In this document: positions 57,419 to 64,000 of the stretch, in pieces
Numbering within the stretch: position 1 is the stretch's first letter
Layout: each line of letters opens with the position of its first letter
From: Octopus vulgaris
Taxonomy: Eukaryota
NCBI GenBank assembly: GCA_951406725.2
Contig: OX597826.1
Span: 58,652,001-58,716,000 of the forward strand
DNA: 64,000 nt
Direction: 5' to 3'
Program-made: the position numbers and the translations under genes
The notes under the pieces: generated by a model
What the model was told of the DNA's origin: nothing
What the model saw: the letters and a program-made list of their open reading frames with translations, nothing else
Database searches by the model: none

Positions 57419-58467
57419 CATAGAATCCGGACAAAAGTTGATCAGTGCGGTCAACAGAATTAACGCATCCGCCGCTGAACTTGCTGGCTCTCTGCTCAAA
57501 TTTGAAACTCTTATTATCCATAAAAAATTATTCTGTTTGTCCTTATAGTCATAGTAGGAGAAATGGTAGGAATGGTGGCAGTAGTGGTGGTGGTAGCTAC
57601 CACCTTGCAATGCCATTCGAAAATCAGGTTCAAACCGGCCAGATCCGGCCTATCACACATAAGCTACAATGCCATTGAAATACAGGTCAATGTATGTATG
57701 TATGTATGTATGTATGTATGTATGTATGTATGTACGTTTGTATGCGTGTGTGTATAAGTATGTAAGTATGTATTATGTATGTGCATGTGTGTATGTTTGT
57801 ACGTGTGTGAGTGTATGCGTGATAACGGGTAGCGGGTGCTATTATAGGGTGTTTCACGGTGTCAGCTGAAGCAACATCTGGTGGACAATGTGATGAGACA
57901 AATTTCGAGCAGATGCATAAATATATTGACAAAGGCATACATAAGACAGATAAAATTTACTACAATACAATAAAGCGAAAGGGGAAAATAGCTCCAACAC
58001 CATCACCACCACCACCACCAATATCAACAACAATAGCTGTCAGTTTGATTGTTACAACAGCAGCAGCAGTAACAACAACTTCACTGTCAGCACTTCAGCA
58101 GCAACATGGATATAAACACAACCAGCTGCTTTTTAAGGAAGGTTTTGTCGCAAACACTGAAACATGGAGTGCGGGGGGTTTGCTTGTTAGAAATAGTTGA
58201 ACAGGACCTTAATCAAAGGAATCTATGTTATTCTAACCCCCCAAGCTTTTATTGCAGTCATTGTCTGTGTTAGTCTACTACATTATTCAATAACTTCTTT
58301 TTCTTTTTTTTTTTTACCTTGAAGAGGGTACGAGGTGACTGGAAGAAGATTTAGTTGTTATTTCTAACGACTCGATCATCCTTATAAAACCTCTTCTATT
58401 GGTTCGAATCGCAGCTTATTTTCGCAGTAGCAGTAGCAGGAGTAGCAGTAGCAGCAGGAGCAGGAGA

Positions 58468-58548
<81 letters not shown>

Positions 58549-58563
58549 TGTAGTTGTAGTATT

Positions 58564-58617
<54 letters not shown>

Positions 58618-58669
58618 AGAACAACAGCAGTAGCAGTAGTGGTAGTAGTAGTAGTTGCAGTTGTTGCTG

Positions 58670-58965
58670 CTGCGACATAATTTCTTTTCCTCAACAGGCC
58701 CTATCCTGTTTAACATTGTCTTAAAACAGATCAAAGAGGGAAAGGATCCCAACACCTTTAAACGGAGTCTGGACAGATTTCTTCAAAGAATACCACATAA
58801 GCCACCCATACCTGGATACAACTCACTCAACAAGAACTCACTACTTGAATGGACCATAAACAAAACTTGACTTAAAAAGGATTTAGATAATCCTATCACG
58901 TGGTGCTATTAAGTTAGACATGGCCTGGACTAATCTTTGGTCGAAACATATCTAAATTTTATCTG

Positions 58966-58966
<1 letters not shown>
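58670..58966 (+). mobile_element. CR1-like LINE 3' end
   Basis: LRHNFFSSTGPILFNIV..FKRSLDRFLQRIPHKPPIPGYNSLNKNSLLEW, then a short 3' UTR. Confidence 0.75.
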
Positions 58967-59008
<42 letters not shown>

Positions 59009-59010
59009 TG

Positions 59011-59054
<44 letters not shown>

Positions 59055-59082
59055 TTTACATATACATATATATACATATATA

Positions 59083-59168
<86 letters not shown>

Positions 59169-59173
59169 GTATA

Positions 59174-59209
<36 letters not shown>

Positions 59210-59307
59210 CATGTATGCATATGTGTGTAAATGTGTATATGTATGTATTTATACATGTGTGTGTGTGTGTTAGTATGCGTGTGCGCGCGTGTTTTTACAA
59301 CTTTACA

Positions 59308-59487
59308 GCCAGTGTTGGTTTGTTTACGTCTTCGTAACCTCGCGGTTTGGCAAAAGAGACTGTGAGAATAAGTATCAGATTTTAAAAGTTAAAAAAGCAA
59401 TATTCACTGGGACTGATTTGTTCGACTAACACCCTTCAAGGCAGTGCACCAGTATGGCCGCTATCCAACAACTGAAGCGAGTAAAAG
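59308..59487 (+). mobile_element. SINE family A 3' half
   Basis: gtgttggtttgtttacgtc..ggcaaaagagac..gttcgactaa..ccagtatggccgc. Confidence 0.75.
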
Positions 59488-61610
59488 ACAACAGACACCC
59501 TATGGTGACATCATCTAACGTCACTTTCGATTTGCATTTGAAAAGACGTCAGCGAATGGCTTCAGGCGGGAATAATTTAGCTGCCATTTTCAGCCGATCG
59601 AACAACTGCATTAGTTGCATCCACGTTGTATCGAGGTGGTGGGGGGGTGGGCGGGTGGGTGGGGGCTAACGGGGATTGGTTTCTTGTGTCGCGTGTTCCA
59701 CCCTTTTCCTCCCCCCCCCCACTGCGCTTGTCTTCACGAAGGCGGGGGAAAAAATAGCCTAAAAAAAGAAGCTTCAAGTTGTTCTTGTGACAGACACAGG
59801 TAAAAAGATAAAGAATGACAATCCTTGTAAAAAATCACTTTTTTTTTTTTCACTTTTACAGATAGCGGCAAGGAACAGCTGTGAAATATATGTCCAGCCT
59901 TGTTTTGCTGTTGTTGTTGTTGTTAATGTTGGTGGTCGTGGTGGTGGTGGTGGTGCAGGGGGTGGCTGGGTTGGTAGTGGTGGTTGTGTGGGAAGAGGAA
60001 AAGGCAGTGACGAAGGTGGTTGGTTGTAGTGGCGGTGATAGTTGTGGTGGTGAGGCCGGTGGCTAAGGTGGTAAATGCTGGGATGATGGCAGTGGTAGTG
60101 GTGGTTGTCTTTGTCGTTGTTGTTGTTGGTGGTGGTTGTGGTGGTAGTAGTAGCGGTGGTGCAAGTCGTGTTGGTAATAATTGTCGCGGTGGTGGTGGTA
60201 GTGGTAGTGGTAGTTAGTAGTGGTTATGGCGTTAGTAACAGTGTGATTGTAATTGTAGTGATAGATGGGTGGTAGTGACATTGCTGGTACAGGTAGTGGT
60301 GGTGATGGTAGTAGTAGTAGTAGTGGTAGTGGTGGTGGTGGTGGTGGTGGTGGTAGCGGTGGTACAAATTGTCTTCGTGCAGGTGGTGACGGGTGGTAAT
60401 TGTGGTGGTGTAGTGATAGTGGTTTGTTTGTGGAAGTGGTACTGGTGATAGTGGTGAATGTGGTGCGGTAGTGACATTGGTGATGTGGTGATGGTATGGT
60501 GATGGTAGTGGTGGTAGTAACAAAAATATTAACGGTGGTGTTGAGGTATTAGTACTTGGAGCTTTGCTGCTTGTCGTGGTATTGTTCTTGGTTAATGTGG
60601 TGGTGTCGTGATAGTGGTTGAGACAGTGTCGGTTGTAGTGCTGGTGGTGATGATACAAAATGTCCCTATCACGGTGGCGGTGGTGGTGGTGGTAGCGTAG
60701 TTGTTATTAGTGGTGGTGGTTGTTATTTATCGCGATATCTAGTAATGGTGGTATGGAGAGGAGTAATGGCGTTTGCCATCTCCAGTGGCGGTCTAGTGGC
60801 GGTGATGCTGATGATGCAGGAGATAATAATGGTGGTGTTAGGTGCGAATAATATTAGAACATATGGCTACTTAGGGCGAATCAGGATGTATCATTGTATG
60901 ACGATGACGAAGTCCTGTTAGGGAGGAAGGAAAAAAAAAGGACATGGCTGTGATAACTTTTAACATTTAAAAGAGAAAAAGTGATTGACAGACTTGTACA
61001 GCTGTGACAGAGATGGGTAAGATAACATCATGGTGGTGGTTGTGTGGTGGTGGTGGTGGTGGTGGTGGTGGTGAAATGGTGGTGGCGGTAGGGTTTGTGT
61101 GGGTTGTGGTAGCGGCTGTTGTGGTGGTGTTGGAGTTGTTGTTGTTGGTGGTGGTGTTGGTAGTGGTAGTGGTGGTGGTGGTAGTAGATATGGTAGTGGT
61201 GGTGGTGGTAGTTGTGGTGGTCGTGGTGGTAGTGGTAATGTTGGTGGCGGTAGGGGTTGTATTGGTTGTGGTGGTGGTGGTGGTGGTGGTGGTGGCTGTT
61301 GTGGTGTTGGTTGTGATGGTGGTGTTGGTGTTGTTGTTGGTGGTGTTGTCGTTGTTGTTGCTGGTGGTGGTGGGTAGCTAGCTAGTTAGCTAGCTATCAA
61401 TCTGTCTGTCTGTCTGTCTGTGTATGTATGCATGTATGTACGTATGTATCTATGTATAGTAACAGAAAAGACTTTATAATTTTAAACATCATTACATCAG
61501 ATATGAGTCCATTGAAGAAGTTATTTGATAACATTAGGTATGTTCTTACACCAACCATTTCATCATGTGATATTTTGCCAAATATTCAGGTGAAAATACA
61601 TACATATATA

Positions 61611-62868
61611 TTGGGTCATCCCTTAAATAATGGGCTTTTTTCATACTTCTTTTATATTTCAAAATTTAGATAAACAAGGTTCTTTTTTTAATTTAGTATA
61701 TACTCTCATTCATTCTCTAGAATGTTCTTCTATATATCTGGTAGACTTGCAAGGCCCCTCTTCCAAAATTCACTTGTCCATGAGGAAAAATACTCTTCCA
61801 GTACTGTTGTGATCTGGTTTGCAGAATTCATATTTTTTCCCTCCAAATGATTTTGAAGACTGTGGAATAAATATTAATCAGATGTAGTAATGTCCGGCGA
61901 ATATGGTGGTTGGGGGTATCGTCTCCTATTCAAAGTTCTCCAGCCTTTGGAACGTTACCCTCGCTTTATGTGGCTGAGCATTATCCTGATAGAATACCTT
62001 TTGCTTTGAAACCGAAATGGTCGTTTTTCTACTAACGCTGCTCATAGTAGGTGTTCTTCGTTGTCGTGTTGTTTGAGTTTAAAAGTTCAAAGTTGTCTAA
62101 ACCTTTCATATCCCACCAAACAGACAACAACACCTTACGTGGGTGAAAACCTTCTTCAGCCTGGGTTGTCGGTGTTTCTCTTCTCATTACTCACTGTATT
62201 CGGCACTTGACATTTTTATAGCGAACCCATTTCTTGTCACCATTCACTATTCAGTACAAAACTTCGTGAGACGTGACAGCAAAGAAGAGCACACATTCAC
62301 TCACTGCACACGATTTGACTCGGAAAGCTTGTGACGAATCAATTGACCTAATTTGCTGACTTCTCCGATGGCACGCAGGTGTCGATAAATGGTTGAATGA
62401 CCAAATCCAAGCTTCTCTGCTAATTCCTCAACAGTTACGATGGGATTTCGTTCCACCAGAATTTGTGGGACATCCTGGTCGAGCTCAACAGATCTTCCAG
62501 GATGCGGCTCGTCTTTTAGGCTGTAGTTTCCAGCTCGGAATTTCTGGAACGTTGACACTGGCTTACGCTTATTGTCCGATTCCTATATACTACATTAATT
62601 TTCCTCACACTTTTCCTTGCGTTGTTGCTTTTATTGAACTCATAAAGCTAAATATACCAAATATGTTCTTTTATCACTTCCATTATAGCTTTGAAAAAAA
62701 TAACTGTTAAAATCGAACTGCACTCTTCAAAACTTGCACTAAGAATAAGTACAAGGTAAAATTACTACCTGCTATTATAACAAGTTGGTGCAGGGAGTTT
62801 CTCCCGTTCTCCTCCTACTTTTAGTTCATGCAATGGAAAAAAACTGCATTATGCATGGGATGGCCAAA
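61611..62868 (-). mobile_element. Near full-length mariner fossil with both TIRs; transposase ~61700-62683 disrupted
   Basis: MEVIKEHI..LYEFNK..FQKFRAGNYSLKDEPHPGRS..GEVSKLGQLIRHKL..HPRKVLLSVWWDMKG..PPYSPDITTSD*YLFHSLQ. TIRs ttgggtcatcccttaaataatg and cattatgcatgggatggccaaa. Confidence 0.9.
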
Positions 62869-63134
62869 ACATACATATATGCGTACATACGCAAGTATGT
62901 ACGTATGTCATTATACAGTGCTATTTCAAGACTTCTTGCCAATAAAGTGTCGATTTCTAACCAAGATACAAGACTCCTTCATTGGAATTTCAACAACATC
63001 AACAGGATATTTTTGTATGTATGTATGCATGTATGTATGTATGTATGTATGCGTGCAGATTTGTATGTGTTGCTTTATATATGTATTTTCGTGCATATAC
63101 TTTCATATCTAGACATACTCATATATACTTAAAT

Positions 63135-63320
63135 TATAACTACACGAAAGTTTTACAAATTTTTGCAGTTTCACTGATGGCTTGGATCTGTAGTTTTCGA
63201 ATCAGCTTTCTCCGTTCTGGTTTTGAGAAGCTTATTTTCTCAAGATTGTTATTTAGGCTGTGTGTTACGTATCCCAGTGCCCCAATAATTACAGATAGAA
63301 ACCTGATCTTGTAATCTAGA
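63135..63320 (-). mobile_element. Third RLE-type (R4-like) LINE C-terminus
   Basis: Minus strand DYKIRFLSVIIGALGYVTHSL..RKLQIQAISETAKICKTF. Confidence 0.65.
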
Positions 63321-63390
63321 TGTGCATCTATGTATGTATGTATGTATTATGTATGTATGTATGTATGCATGTATGTATTATGTATGTGAA

Positions 63391-63770
63391 GTGGAGGCGC
63401 AATGGCCCAGTGGTTAGGGCAGCGGACTCGCGGTCATAGGATCGCGGTTTCGATTCCCAGACCGGGCGTTGTGAGTGTTTATTGAGCGAAAATACCTAAA
63501 GCTCCACAAGGCTCTGGCAGGGATGGTGGTGATCCCTGCTGTACTCTTTCACGACAACTTTCTCTCACTCTTACTTCCTGTTTCTGTTGTACCTGTATAT
63601 CAAAGGGCCGGCCTGGTCACTCTCTGTGTCACGCTGAATATCCCCGAGAACTACGTTAAGGGTACACGTGTCTGTGGAGTGCTCAGCCACTTACACGTTA
63701 ATTTCACGAGCAGGCTGTTCCGTTGATTCGGATCAACCGGAACCCTCATCGTCGTAACCGACGGAGTGCT
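63391..63770 (+). mobile_element. tRNA-derived SINE family C, full length
   Basis: A box tggcccagtgg, B box gtttcgattccc. Matches 54883-55239. Confidence 0.9.
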
Positions 63771-64000
63771 TCCATTCCCCATATGTATGCGAGCGTACTA
63801 TGTTTAAGACGTTCGAATCGAAACCACCGTTCCCGGGATTGAACCCACATGTGAGATCGTAGGCAAATATCGGTTTCTATAACGACGAGTTGACCCATAC
63901 GTCGGGAATGAATATGCGTAGATGGAAACTGCGCAAATGGAAGCCTGCCAGGTAGATTGTATCTCATAACGGTAAATCAGAAATGTACAGTGTATGAGAA

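Noticed and set aside
61611-62868. Active or domesticated mariner (SETMAR-like) gene
   Set aside because: Multiple stops and frameshifts, and diverged TIRs.

Overview
Eukaryotic, AT-rich DNA saturated with microsatellites, with no recognisable intact host gene. The long ORFs in the track are (CAC/CAT/GAT/TA/CA/TATC)n artefacts. The SINE families and simple-repeat density point to an octopod cephalopod genome (inference from recalled repeat consensus, not a search). The window is an intron or gene-desert TE graveyard. It holds at least four tRNA-derived SINE families, several copies with clear TSDs. Retroelement remnants are a decayed Penelope-like element (RT plus GIY-YIG) and R4/Dong, CR1-like, RTE and Tx1-like LINE pieces. 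DNA-transposon remnants are mariner, Tc1 and pogo/Tigger fossils, a Merlin-like MITE, a mariner MITE, a non-autonomous Helitron and a foldback element. The most unusual signals are: type I hammerhead-ribozyme-like motifs (best at 37426-37488, minus strand, U3-A8 core variant); fold-back palindromes in short AT-rich non-coding elements, including a near-perfect 293-bp one; a TSD-flanked chimeric tRNA-like SINE; a SINE/LINE shared 3' tail; and a window-scale switch in microsatellite strand polarity. None of these is shown to be a new system; they are leads.
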